A DNA stretch of 64,000 nucleotides. It comes from Candidatus Bathyarchaeia archaeon (GTDB taxonomy: Archaea > Thermoproteota > Bathyarchaeia > Bathyarchaeales > Bathycorpusculaceae). The DNA is taken from NCBI GenBank assembly GCA_049512935.1, contig JBEKWR010000007.1, positions 32,001-96,000 of the forward strand. Reading direction: 5' to 3'. Under the pieces are notes generated by a model. The model made no database searches. It was not told the DNA's origin and was given only the letters and a program-made list of their open reading frames with translations. This document shows, piece by piece, positions 39,945 through 48,975 of this stretch (the stretch's first letter is position 1; each line of letters starts with the position of its first letter). A program made the translations under genes and the position numbers.

Positions 39945-40234
39945 CGTGATTTGCTACCCCTGTGACGAGTGCGTGATTTAATCGGTTGCATCACACATCA
40001 CAGTTATGCATGGACTTTTTAAGGGTTACGGTGATGTGCGCAGATGCCAACTATGATGTCACACATCACGCAATTTTACAGCTCTTCTCCAAGATAATTT
40101 GGGTCTTTCTGATCTCCTTAATTTAGGCTTATTTTGTTATTCATGGATAGAATATTGCCCTTTTAATCGTGCTTTTCTGTGCTCACATTTTTCAGCAAAA
40201 TCTCTTTGAAAAAGCCGTGATTTGTGATGTCACA
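39945..40234. repeat. GTGAY/RTCAC repeat array 1
   Basis: 11 copies: 39945, 39961, 39972, 39990, 39997, 40030, 40058, 40065, 40216, 40223, 40229. Confidence 0.75.
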
Positions 40235-40727
40235 AAGCCTCTTCCGTGGGGTTGGATAGTCGTTTTAGGCTAGTTTCGAGCTCTTGCCGTATGATTTCTA
40301 TGACTTTTAGATGGTCTTTTAGTTCATCTTCCTTGTCCGGCATGTCTTGGTGTGCCTCTGTGTATTCGTGCAATTTGTTGGCTATTTCGAGGTACGGGTC
40401 AAGAGTTGTGCTCTCAAACACTCCTAAATAGCCTAAAAGCAGCACCGTGTATATCGATTTTATGACGTTTTCCTTGGACTGTTTTAATGTCCTGTTAAAC
40501 GATCCTCGGCTTATTTTAGCCTTAGTTAGCCTTAAATTGGCTTTTTCATCGTACTTTAGCTGTTTGCCTGCAAAATTCTCGGCTAATATGTCTATTAACA
40601 GCGTTTCGAGTTGGGTTTTAGTTAATTGGCTGTTTTTGGCGAGTATTTTGACAATAGGGTCATTTAAAGCCCCGTTTAGCCACGCTTGTACGCCGTCTTT
40701 TAGCTTCAACCTTCTTCTTCCCCTCAT
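40230..40727 (-). CDS. Hypothetical helical protein, possibly DNA-binding
   Basis: DPIVKILAKNSQLTKTQLETLLID...ISRGSFNRTLKQSKENVIKSIYTVLLLGYLG, with an HTH-like middle. Confidence 0.75.
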   Translation of the reverse strand: MRGRRRLKLKDGVQAWLNGALNDPIVKILAKNSQLTKTQLETLLIDILAENFAGKQLKYDEKANLRLTKAKISRGSFNRTLKQSKENVIKSIYTVLLLGYLGVFESTTLDPYLEIANKLHEYTEAHQDMPDKEDELKDHLKVIEIIRQELETSLKRLSNPTEEAL

Positions 40728-41087
40728 CGTCTCAATGAATACAGTTTTGTATACTGGCTCATGTTTTTAAAGCTTGTTGATGTAAAAACTTCCTTTTTGC
40801 TCGCTCTTAGCGGCTGTAAATGCAGTCTAAAACCGTAAAAGACCGCCCATTGCTGAGCATTTTAATTAATCGGCATCACAACGCTAGTATTGACAAATTG
40901 GCGGCAAGGTTAACGGTATTCAAAAGGAGCATTGTGCTTGATTTTAAACGGTAATTACATTTTAAAAAGTGGGTGGGGTCCTCGTATTCTTTCTGATTAT
41001 AGGTTACGTCGTCTGTTTCAGTTCTTACTCGCCGTAATGTGCGCTTTAATCAGGTTTTTTTGGGTTGCTGCATTCAGAAGGAGAAGG

Positions 41088-41180
41088 CGTGACGTCACCA
41101 ATCACGGTAAAATCACTGTGATTTGTGGCTTAAGCAGAGTAATATCACGCTGTGTGATTACTTTGTGATGCCCCTGTGAT
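41088..41180. repeat. GTGAY/RTCAC repeat array 2
   Basis: 9 copies in 93 bp: 41088, 41094, 41101, 41112, 41117, 41144, 41153, 41164, 41175. The last three TGTGAT are exactly 11 bp apart. Confidence 0.8.
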
Positions 41181-41204
41181 TTTGCTGCTTGTCTGTAAGA
41201 CTCT

Positions 41205-42038
41205 TTAGATACGCTCTGAGTACTCCTTTAGCTGGTCAAACAGCTCGGGCCTTAGGTCCCGCAGGGTTGGAATAAAAGTTTCTGCACTTCTCAGGTCGCC
41301 AAAGTCGACTTCGCACGTGACGAAATCCTCTACGTCGTACTTTGCCTTGGCTAAAACGTCGCCGTTAGGGCTTACAAGCCTGCTTCCTCCCCAGAACTGC
41401 AAGCCGTCTTGGACGCCTGCCAGGTTCACGTAGGCTAAGAAGGCAGTGTTTTCTATTGCTCTTGCGCATGTCAATGTTTCAAAATAGCTTCTCCTAACCG
41501 CTGGAGACGCCGATATGCAAACGATTAGTTGCGCACCCTTCAATCGGGTAAGCCTGAGAACTTCTGGGAAGAAGATGTCGTAGCAAATACATAAGCCAAT
41601 GTTGCCCACCTCGGTTTGAAACGCTTGCGCCTCGTAGCCTGGACGGAAATACCTTTTCTCCTCAAAGATGCTGTGGGTCGGCAGGTACATTTTGCGGTAT
41701 TTACCGATGAAACCTTTCGGTCCGACAAAGACGGCGGAGTTAAACATTGTTGCCTTGGTTTTCTCGCTTAACTCAGGCATGCCGAAAATGATATGCATAC
41801 CCGTCTCCTTCGCCAGCGCCTCCACCTTTTCAACTGTCGGTCCAGGTATTGTTTCAGCCGACTCGTAGAATTGATCTCTTACCACGTAGCCGCTCAGGCA
41901 AAGCTCGGGAAAAATAACTATGTCCGCCCCTTGCTCTTTGGCCTTGCAGGTTAATTTTTTTATTTTCTGCAGGTTAGCCTCTTTGTCTTCACGTTTGCTG
42001 CTCATCTGGGCGAGAGCCAGTTTGATTTTGTCTTTCAT
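41205..42038 (-). CDS. Carbon-nitrogen hydrolase (nitrilase family)
   Basis: E-K-C triad: IIFPEL, YRKMYLP, LCICYD; RAIEN. Confidence 0.92.
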   Translation of the reverse strand: MKDKIKLALAQMSSKREDKEANLQKIKKLTCKAKEQGADIVIFPELCLSGYVVRDQFYESAETIPGPTVEKVEALAKETGMHIIFGMPELSEKTKATMFNSAVFVGPKGFIGKYRKMYLPTHSIFEEKRYFRPGYEAQAFQTEVGNIGLCICYDIFFPEVLRLTRLKGAQLIVCISASPAVRRSYFETLTCARAIENTAFLAYVNLAGVQDGLQFWGGSRLVSPNGDVLAKAKYDVEDFVTCEVDFGDLRSAETFIPTLRDLRPELFDQLKEYSERI

Positions 42039-42053
42039 AGCTTTTCCCACTTT

Positions 42054-42896
42054 TCAATAAGTATGCCTCGGAAGCCTAAAATCGTTTCCTACCGTTCTGT
42101 AACCGAGTTTAGGCGCAAGGGGCGTTTTTCTTTTATGCTCGTTTGCCAGCCACCGGGCTTTGACCTTCGCAACTACATTCTTGCTGATGCCGACTTGATT
42201 GGCGATTTCCTCAGAAGTCATGAACCTTTCGAGTCCGTAAAGGATAAGGTCTAAGGTTTCGTACTTGATGCCGAGCTCTGTCTCCGCCATCTGAGCTGGC
42301 CAAAGTGCTGGAGTGGACGGTTTTAACGCCAGCTCCTCTGGGATTCCCAAGTGCATCGCAAGCTTGCGAACCTGCGTCTTGTACAGGTCCATTATCGGCG
42401 TTATGTCCGCGGCTGCGTCTCCCCACTTGGTAAAGTAACCCATCATCGTCTCCGACTTATCCGAGCTGCCGCAAACAATCTTGTTAAGCTTGTTCGCGTA
42501 GTAGTACAAGTAAATCATTCTCGTTCTTGCTTTAATGTTGCCTTTGCAAAGCCTGTCGTGTGCGTCAAACACTGGGATCGCCTTGTAAAAGGATTCCGTA
42601 ACAGCTGTCATGTCACAGACGGCACTTTGAATCTTGAATTGATCCGCAACAACCTTCGCGTCATCAATGTCTTTCTGGTTAAAGTTTTCCTCTTCCGGAA
42701 GCATAAGCGCCGATACGTTTTCTCCGCCCACTGCGAGGCTTGAAAGCGCGGCTATTGTGCCACTGTCGACTCCTCCAGACAACCCAAGAACCACTCCTTT
42801 GGCTCCAGCGTTTTCAACGTACTCTTTTATGAAACGGCAAATCCTTGCTTGTGCTTCCGAGAAATTCATGTCTAATACAGACGGCGCTAATTTCAC
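42054..42896 (-). CDS. nadE: NAD+ synthetase
   Basis: LGLSGGVDS, GNIKARTRM, GYFTKWGD, DLYKTQV, HKR. Confidence 0.95.
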   Translation of the reverse strand: MKLAPSVLDMNFSEAQARICRFIKEYVENAGAKGVVLGLSGGVDSGTIAALSSLAVGGENVSALMLPEEENFNQKDIDDAKVVADQFKIQSAVCDMTAVTESFYKAIPVFDAHDRLCKGNIKARTRMIYLYYYANKLNKIVCGSSDKSETMMGYFTKWGDAAADITPIMDLYKTQVRKLAMHLGIPEELALKPSTPALWPAQMAETELGIKYETLDLILYGLERFMTSEEIANQVGISKNVVAKVKARWLANEHKRKTPLAPKLGYRTVGNDFRLPRHTY

Positions 42897-42996
42897 TTGG
42901 GTTCACGCAGCCCCATAATCTTGGTTTGTAGGCAAGTATTTAAGGACAAGCATAAATAATACTCAACAATACCCCTGATTTGAAGGATGTTTAGGC

Positions 42997-43266
42997 TTGG
43001 GTCGAAGAAGAAAGAAAGTAGTTCATATTCCAAAGAAACGTTTACCCAAATTCTTCTCTTGCCCAAGATGCGGGAAAGAAACCGTTAAAGTTGAAATTTC
43101 CAGAGAGGAAGGCGGCCACGCCGTCGCGCAATGCAGCAGTTGCGGTCTTAAGGAGGAGTTCCCTGTTAAGCCAGCTCAGGGTGAAGTTGACGTTTACTGC
43201 ATGTTAACCGATCGAGTTTACGGTTCCGGCAGAAGGGCGCCGTTACCAAGCGTAAAGAAAGAATAA
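42997..43266 (+). CDS. elf1: Transcription elongation factor Elf1
   Basis: MGRRRKK...LPKFFSCPRCG...CSSCG...VDVYC. Confidence 0.88.
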   Translation: MGRRRKKVVHIPKKRLPKFFSCPRCGKETVKVEISREEGGHAVAQCSSCGLKEEFPVKPAQGEVDVYCMLTDRVYGSGRRAPLPSVKKE

Positions 43267-43283
43267 GTCGAAGGATTATTGCT

Positions 43284-44036
43284 ATGCAAGGGCCTATCGA
43301 AAAATACTTGCTCGAAAAAATAAAAGCTGAAGGATCCATCCACTTAACCCTCATAGACCCTGAGAAAGTGTCGGCGCAGGATGCTTCACGCATCGCTGAA
43401 AACTCCAAGAACAGCGGAACCGCCGCCATCATGATTGGAGGATCAACTTTTATTTCTCAGACGCATCTGGACGACGTCGTTAAAGCCATCAAGTCCGCTG
43501 TGAATATTCCCACGATACTTTTCCCGAACAACGTTACTGGGATTAGCGGCCATGCGGACGCGATCTGGTTCATGTCGCTCTTAAACTCGGTTGACCCTTA
43601 CTTTCTCATAGGCGCCCAAATTCTGGGAGCTCCCCTTGTAAAGAAATTCGGTTTAGAGCCTCTTTCCATGGGGTACATAATCGTCGGCGAAGGCGGCACA
43701 GCTGGCATCGTGGGCAAAGCAATCTCCGTTCCCTACAGCAAACCCGAACTTGCCGCTGCTCATGCGCTTGCCGGGCAGTACCTTGGTATGCGTTTCATTT
43801 ATCTGGAAGGCGGCTCGGGAGCGAAAAACCCTGTGCCTCCTGAGATGATTAAAGCCGTTAAGCACCTCATTGAAATCCCACTCATCGTCGGCGGGGGAAT
43901 AAGAACCAAGGCGCAGGCAATAGCCGCTGCCTCCGCAGGAGCCGACATCATAGTCACGGGAAACGTTACTGAAACAAGCGATTCTAAGAAAAAAGTCGCT
44001 GAAATCATCACGGCAATAAAAAGCGTCAGGGCTTGA
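43284..44036 (+). CDS. Geranylgeranylglyceryl phosphate synthase
   Basis: HLTLIDPEK, IMIGGST, FMSLLNS, YLEGGSGA, IVGGGIR, IVTGN. Confidence 0.93.
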   Translation: MQGPIEKYLLEKIKAEGSIHLTLIDPEKVSAQDASRIAENSKNSGTAAIMIGGSTFISQTHLDDVVKAIKSAVNIPTILFPNNVTGISGHADAIWFMSLLNSVDPYFLIGAQILGAPLVKKFGLEPLSMGYIIVGEGGTAGIVGKAISVPYSKPELAAAHALAGQYLGMRFIYLEGGSGAKNPVPPEMIKAVKHLIEIPLIVGGGIRTKAQAIAAASAGADIIVTGNVTETSDSKKKVAEIITAIKSVRA

Positions 44037-44108
44037 CCCAACCGATTCCTCCTTAACTTTCGCGTCATTTCTAGAAAGGCAAAATAACCCATCAATGTAT
44101 ATCATGCC

Positions 44109-47100
44109 GTGGGAAACTGCGCTTTGAACATCAGTAAAGGCTACCAAAACTACGTTGACAAACTGGAAACTGAGCTGAAGCACCTGTACGCGATAAGCGA
44201 CGGCGCCAGATCCGAAGGCTTAGACCCTGCCCTGAAAACCGAGTGCATTATCGCTCAAGACATCGCTGACTTAGTGGAAGGGCTAGTGGGACCCAAAGGA
44301 GTCGCCGTCAGCATCAGAGAATTAAGCACCAAGATGCAGAGGGAAGAGATAGCCTTCAAAGTCGCGGAAGAAATCGTTCTGGGCAAATTCGGAAGCATGG
44401 AGCCTGAACAGGCAGCTGAACAGGCGATCAGGACCGCCCTTGCAATTTTTACTGAAGGCTTAACTGCGGCGCCGATTCAGGGCATCGCTCAGGTTAAGGT
44501 GAAAACCAACGCGGACAGGACGCGCTACTTAGCCATATACTTCGCAGGGCCAATAAGGTCAGCGGGCGGAACAGACCAGGCGTTGACTCTGGTCGTGGGC
44601 GACTTCGTGAGGCAACAGTTAGCGTTGGATCGTTACAAGCCTACGGAGGAAGAGGTCTCGCGTTTCATCGAGGAGCTCAGGCTGTACGAAAGAGCGGTAG
44701 GTCGGTTCCAGTACCACATTCCCGACGACGAGTTGAAAAAGGCGCTTAACCTGATCCCAGTCGAATGCACAGGCACCGAATCCGACCCGGTTGAAGTTTC
44801 CTCGTACCGAAATCTTCCAAGGGTTGAAACCAACCGGGTCCGAGGCGGCGCGCTCAGGGTCGTTAACGACGGCATCGTTGGGCGAGCCCAAAAAGTCTTC
44901 GTGATCATCGACAAGATAGGCTTCCAAGGCTGGGACTGGCTTAAAGAGTTCAAGAAAAAGTCCGAAAAAAAGTCAGGCGGCTTCATGGACGACGTGATCG
45001 CAGGACGCCCCATCTTTGCTTTCCCTTCAAGACGCGGCGGCTTCAGGCTGAGGTACGGAAGGTCGCGAAACACGGGGCTGTCAGCCGTGGGCATTCATCC
45101 TGCAACAATGCTTGTGCTTGAAAACTTTCTAGCCGCGGGCACACAGATGCGGCTGGAGCTTCCCGGCAAAGGCTGCGTTACCCTTCCAGTAGACACGATT
45201 GAGCCTCCCGTTGTTCTGCTTAAAGACAACTCGGTTGTCAGGGTGACGCTGCAGAACTTTGCCGAGGTTAAAGGCAAAATCCAGAAGATACTGTTCTTGG
45301 GCGACATCCTCATCAGTTTTGGGGATTTCCTCTACTCAAACAAGACTCTTCCGCCGTCAGGGTACGTAGAGGAATGGTGGGCCAAAGACCTTCAGAACCT
45401 GATCAAGAACAAATTCGCCTCTGACTACCAGAGTGCAGCGGAGACATCGCAGGTCTCATTTGGAAGGCTCAAAGGCTTCCTTGAAGACCCGTTCAGCAAC
45501 AAACCCTCTGTTAAAGAGGCAATTCTTCTCAGTCAGCACCTATGCGTTCCCCTTCACCCCGATGCAACCTTATTTTGGTCAAGCCTATCTACGGCTCAAG
45601 AGGTTGAGCAGCTTAGAAGCTGGTTGGCCTCCGCTCAAACAACCATGGACGACGGCGTCGCCTCCCGAATTGAGGGCGAATCCAACCAAGACGTCGTGGC
45701 GCTGTTAAGAAAGATTTTTGCTCAGCACAAATTGGTGAACGACAAAATCTTGATGGAAGGAAGCGACGCGGCTGCCTTTGCGTTCTCCCTTGGCTACGGC
45801 GCCGCCAAAACTGGTGGTGACGCTCAAGGTGCAACCGCGGTTGAAGCTGTCAGCAGGCTTTCTGGCGTAGAAGTCAAAGACAAGGCTCCAACGTATGTGG
45901 GCGGACGTATGGGTCGCCCTGAGAAGGCTAAACGGCGCGAGATGAAACCTCTGGTCCACGTTCTTTTCCCAGTAAGCTTGGCAGGCGGTACCCACAGGGA
46001 CCTTTTGGAAGCCGCAAAGCAGGAACACGTTTTTGTTGAGATGGTTAAACGCAAATGCCCCAACTGCAAAACCTACACGCTAAGGGTGAAATGCCCCAAC
46101 TGCGGAGTCGAAACCGTCACGGAGAAGAGTTGCCCAAGATGCGGCAAACCGTTGAAAGACAATTCCTGCCCCACCTGCAGAACTAACGCGGTTCAGTACC
46201 AGCGGCAGTCAGTTAACTTCAAAGACCTAGTTGACGACGCCTGCCGATCACTTGGCTACCCAGCTCCGAAACTCCTGCGCGGCGTTAAAGGACTGATAAA
46301 TCTCGATAAGACGCCTGAAATCATTGAAAAAGGCGTTCTGCGAGCAAGGCACGATTTGTCAGTTTACAAGGATGGAACCATCCGCTTCGACGCTACAAAC
46401 GCTCCCCTGACACACTTCACCCCTGCAGAAGTCGGCGTGCCCGTTGAAAAGATAAGGCAGCTTGGGTACGCCTACGACACGCACGGCGCGTCGCTTACTG
46501 ATCCCAACCAAGTTTGCGAGCTTAGGGTGCAGGACGTCGTGATTCCGTGGAGGGCGGGCGACTACTTCATTCAAATCGCGGCTTTCATCGACGACCTGCT
46601 CATCAGAGTCTACAAGCTTCCACCTTACTACAACGCTAAGAAGCCTGAAGACCTTGTCGGGCACCTGATCTTCGGGTTAGCCCCACACACCTGCGCCTGC
46701 ATTCTGGGGCGTGTCGTAGGCTTCACGGACCGCAACGTGATTTATGCACATCCCATTTGGCACTCAGCCAAACGTCGTGACTGCGACGGTGACGAAGACG
46801 CCATCATGCTTGCATTGGACACGCTTCTGAACTTTTCACGCGTGTACTTGCCTGCTCAGATAGGCGGAATCATGGATGCTCCGATACTTTTGATTCCGTT
46901 CGTTAACACTAAGGAGGTGCAGAGGCAAGCTCATGACTTCGACGTTGACCAGACTTACCCAGTTGAGTTCTACCAGAAAACCTGGGACAAAGGCGAAGCC
47001 AGAACAGTGAGCTGCATCATGGACGTCATCAGCCACAGGATAGGAACCGAAGCCCAGTTTGAAGGCTTCCAGTACACCACTCCCGTGACGAACATAAACC

Positions 47101-47534
47101 TCGGCAACGCCAACAGCTCCTACAAAGAATTCAAAACCATGATTGAAAAGCTCGACATGCAGTTGGGGTTAGGCGAAAAAATCGACGCTGTAGACGTGGA
47201 ACGGGTCGCCCTGAAAGTGTTAACCACCCATTTCCTAAGAGACATCGCGGGTAACCTGCGCGCCTTCTCGACTCAGGGTTTCAGGTGTAAATCATGCAAC
47301 AAAAAGTTTCGTCGGCTGCCCCTCAAAGGAAAATGTCCGTTCTGCGGCGGAAAGCTGACTCTAACCGTCTACCGCGGCGGCATAGAGAAGTATCTGGAGG
47401 CTGCGCAGCAACTCATAGACAAGTACGATTTGCCGAACTACTACACGCAGCGGCTTGACCTGATAAAAGAGGAGATAGCTTCCATGTTCGATAACAATAA
47501 GCCGAAACAAGCCAAACTTTTCGATTTTGGGTAG
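44109..47534 (+). CDS. polC: DNA polymerase D large subunit DP2
   Basis: YFAGPIRSAGGT, GFRLRYGRSRNTG, GGRMGRPEKA, KDGTIRFD, catalytic RRDCDGDED, C-terminal Zn finger; no intein. Confidence 0.97.
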   Translation: MGNCALNISKGYQNYVDKLETELKHLYAISDGARSEGLDPALKTECIIAQDIADLVEGLVGPKGVAVSIRELSTKMQREEIAFKVAEEIVLGKFGSMEPEQAAEQAIRTALAIFTEGLTAAPIQGIAQVKVKTNADRTRYLAIYFAGPIRSAGGTDQALTLVVGDFVRQQLALDRYKPTEEEVSRFIEELRLYERAVGRFQYHIPDDELKKALNLIPVECTGTESDPVEVSSYRNLPRVETNRVRGGALRVVNDGIVGRAQKVFVIIDKIGFQGWDWLKEFKKKSEKKSGGFMDDVIAGRPIFAFPSRRGGFRLRYGRSRNTGLSAVGIHPATMLVLENFLAAGTQMRLELPGKGCVTLPVDTIEPPVVLLKDNSVVRVTLQNFAEVKGKIQKILFLGDILISFGDFLYSNKTLPPSGYVEEWWAKDLQNLIKNKFASDYQSAAETSQVSFGRLKGFLEDPFSNKPSVKEAILLSQHLCVPLHPDATLFWSSLSTAQEVEQLRSWLASAQTTMDDGVASRIEGESNQDVVALLRKIFAQHKLVNDKILMEGSDAAAFAFSLGYGAAKTGGDAQGATAVEAVSRLSGVEVKDKAPTYVGGRMGRPEKAKRREMKPLVHVLFPVSLAGGTHRDLLEAAKQEHVFVEMVKRKCPNCKTYTLRVKCPNCGVETVTEKSCPRCGKPLKDNSCPTCRTNAVQYQRQSVNFKDLVDDACRSLGYPAPKLLRGVKGLINLDKTPEIIEKGVLRARHDLSVYKDGTIRFDATNAPLTHFTPAEVGVPVEKIRQLGYAYDTHGASLTDPNQVCELRVQDVVIPWRAGDYFIQIAAFIDDLLIRVYKLPPYYNAKKPEDLVGHLIFGLAPHTCACILGRVVGFTDRNVIYAHPIWHSAKRRDCDGDEDAIMLALDTLLNFSRVYLPAQIGGIMDAPILLIPFVNTKEVQRQAHDFDVDQTYPVEFYQKTWDKGEARTVSCIMDVISHRIGTEAQFEGFQYTTPVTNINLGNANSSYKEFKTMIEKLDMQLGLGEKIDAVDVERVALKVLTTHFLRDIAGNLRAFSTQGFRCKSCNKKFRRLPLKGKCPFCGGKLTLTVYRGGIEKYLEAAQQLIDKYDLPNYYTQRLDLIKEEIASMFDNNKPKQAKLFDFG

Positions 47535-47579
47535 CTAAAGCTTTTCAATACAAACCGCGATTACTGTATCAGTGACTGT

Positions 47580-47831
47580 ATGCATCCTAACGCTTACCTC
47601 GAAAACGTGAGAAACGTCAAGTGTGGTCTGAGTGCGAGAAGCAAAATCCTTGAAGCCCTTGAGATCGCGCCATCTGACGCGGCAGGAATCGCCAAGACGG
47701 GCGCTCTTTCTTATAGCGTTGTCATGCATCATCTACGGCTCCTCAAGAACGAGGGCATCGTCGCACGGAACGGGCGCAGACCCTACTATTGGGCTTCAAC
47801 GGGTTTCGGGCAGAAGCGGCTGCAAGGTTAA
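47580..47831 (+). CDS. Small ArsR-like wHTH protein
   Basis: RSKILEAL...AAGIAK...SYSVVMHHLRLLKNEGIV. Confidence 0.75.
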   Translation: MHPNAYLENVRNVKCGLSARSKILEALEIAPSDAAGIAKTGALSYSVVMHHLRLLKNEGIVARNGRRPYYWASTGFGQKRLQG

Positions 47832-48124
47832 AACGTGCATTGGCACGGGGCCTGCTGGCATTTTGGGCATTTGAAGTTGTACTTGTTGACGGCTGCCCTT
47901 TCAAGGTCGATTCCCATTATGTTTGCAAGAGAAGCAAGCCACGCGATAACGTCTGCAAACTCTTTCTCGGTGGCTTCCCTGTCGGTTCCCTTTTTGAGTT
48001 CTTCCCCCAGCTCCTCGACCTCATCAACAAGCCAGTTGTACGTTCCTTCCACTCCCCGCTCCATGTCTCTCTTGAAATACAGGTGACGCATCATCTGCTG
48101 AAATTCACTTATCTGCATAGACAT
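47828..48124 (-). CDS. MazG-like nucleotide pyrophosphohydrolase
   Basis: WLVDEVEEL, EFADVIAWLASLAN, KY...CPKC...PCQC. Confidence 0.9.
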   Translation of the reverse strand: MSMQISEFQQMMRHLYFKRDMERGVEGTYNWLVDEVEELGEELKKGTDREATEKEFADVIAWLASLANIMGIDLERAAVNKYNFKCPKCQQAPCQCTF

Positions 48125-48254
48125 ACCCGCGAATTAGTGTTTACGCAAGGGCGGATTTTAAAGATTCTCAACCTGAGAAGACAGCCGTTTCGAATCCTCG
48201 CTCTGCACAACATTAATTAATGGTTTCAGTTACATTGAGGAGCAGGGATATTTA

Positions 48255-48431
48255 GTGAGTACTGGTAGACGGAAAAAGAAAGAGTCAGGTCCAATGCCTG
48301 CAGCAAGCGCAGGTTTGCTCAGGTTCTTCGAGGAAGAAACTGAAGGCGTAAAAATGAGACCTGAACTGCTCGTCGTCTTTTCAGTCGCGTTGATAGTTCT
48401 TTCAGTCTTAGCTAAAGTTTTCTTTCCTTAA
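48255..48431 (+). CDS. secG: Preprotein translocase subunit Sec61-beta
   Basis: MSTGRRKKKESGPMPAASAGLLRFFEEETEGVKMRPE plus one TM segment; below the ORF-track length cutoff. Confidence 0.9.
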   Translation: MSTGRRKKKESGPMPAASAGLLRFFEEETEGVKMRPELLVVFSVALIVLSVLAKVFFP

Positions 48432-48439
48432 AAGCCTAG

Positions 48440-48730
48440 TCAACGTCTCGGCGGAGTAGGGTGCAGCACTTCTAACCTTTGAACCGAATTCAAATGGAGA
48501 AATAGCTCGCTTCTTTCCTCGCGACTTGTAACCTGCGGTATAGGCTGGGCGATGGTTGACCTTAAAACGATGGCTTCTGCCTCGGAAAGCCAGATGCCTG
48601 ATGGCTCATGCGTTACAGCCGCTAAGACGCCTTCAAAACCGTAAGCTGGGTCGATGATTACTCTGATCTTCTTGCCCACGTTTCTTTCCAGCATGTGAAA
48701 TATTGAAGGGGGCAGGTCTCGTTCCGACAT
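48440..48730 (-). CDS. Divergent Sm/Lsm-fold protein
   Basis: LERNVGKKIRVII...FEGVLAAV...IWLSEAE...ELFLHLNSVQRLEV resembles Sm1/Sm2 motifs. Confidence 0.6.
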   Translation of the reverse strand: MSERDLPPSIFHMLERNVGKKIRVIIDPAYGFEGVLAAVTHEPSGIWLSEAEAIVLRSTIAQPIPQVTSREERSELFLHLNSVQRLEVLHPTPPRR

Positions 48731-48975
48731 AGCCTTCGCAAAGTAATACAATTGTCAACTTAAAGATAAAACAGTTACCCTCATGGAAACATGTTGACTT
48801 CTGGGTTGCGGTGCGTTTTTTCCTTTGAACTTTAACTTTTACGTGCTAAAAAGCTCAGCGTCTTAGCGTTGTATTGTTGAAGAAAGTGCTTTTGCAGCTC
48901 AGAAGTCAAGGCGCGTTTAGCTAAATTTAATAAGCCTTCCCGCTTCCATAACTGACTCAACCTTGAGCTGATTAC

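Noticed and set aside
40932-41168. 78-aa ORF across repeat array 2
   Set aside because: Unnatural composition; it runs through the motif array, which is better explained as non-coding.
44109-47534. Intein in DP2 (also checked cdc6)
   Set aside because: Lengths are normal and the catalytic motifs are contiguous.
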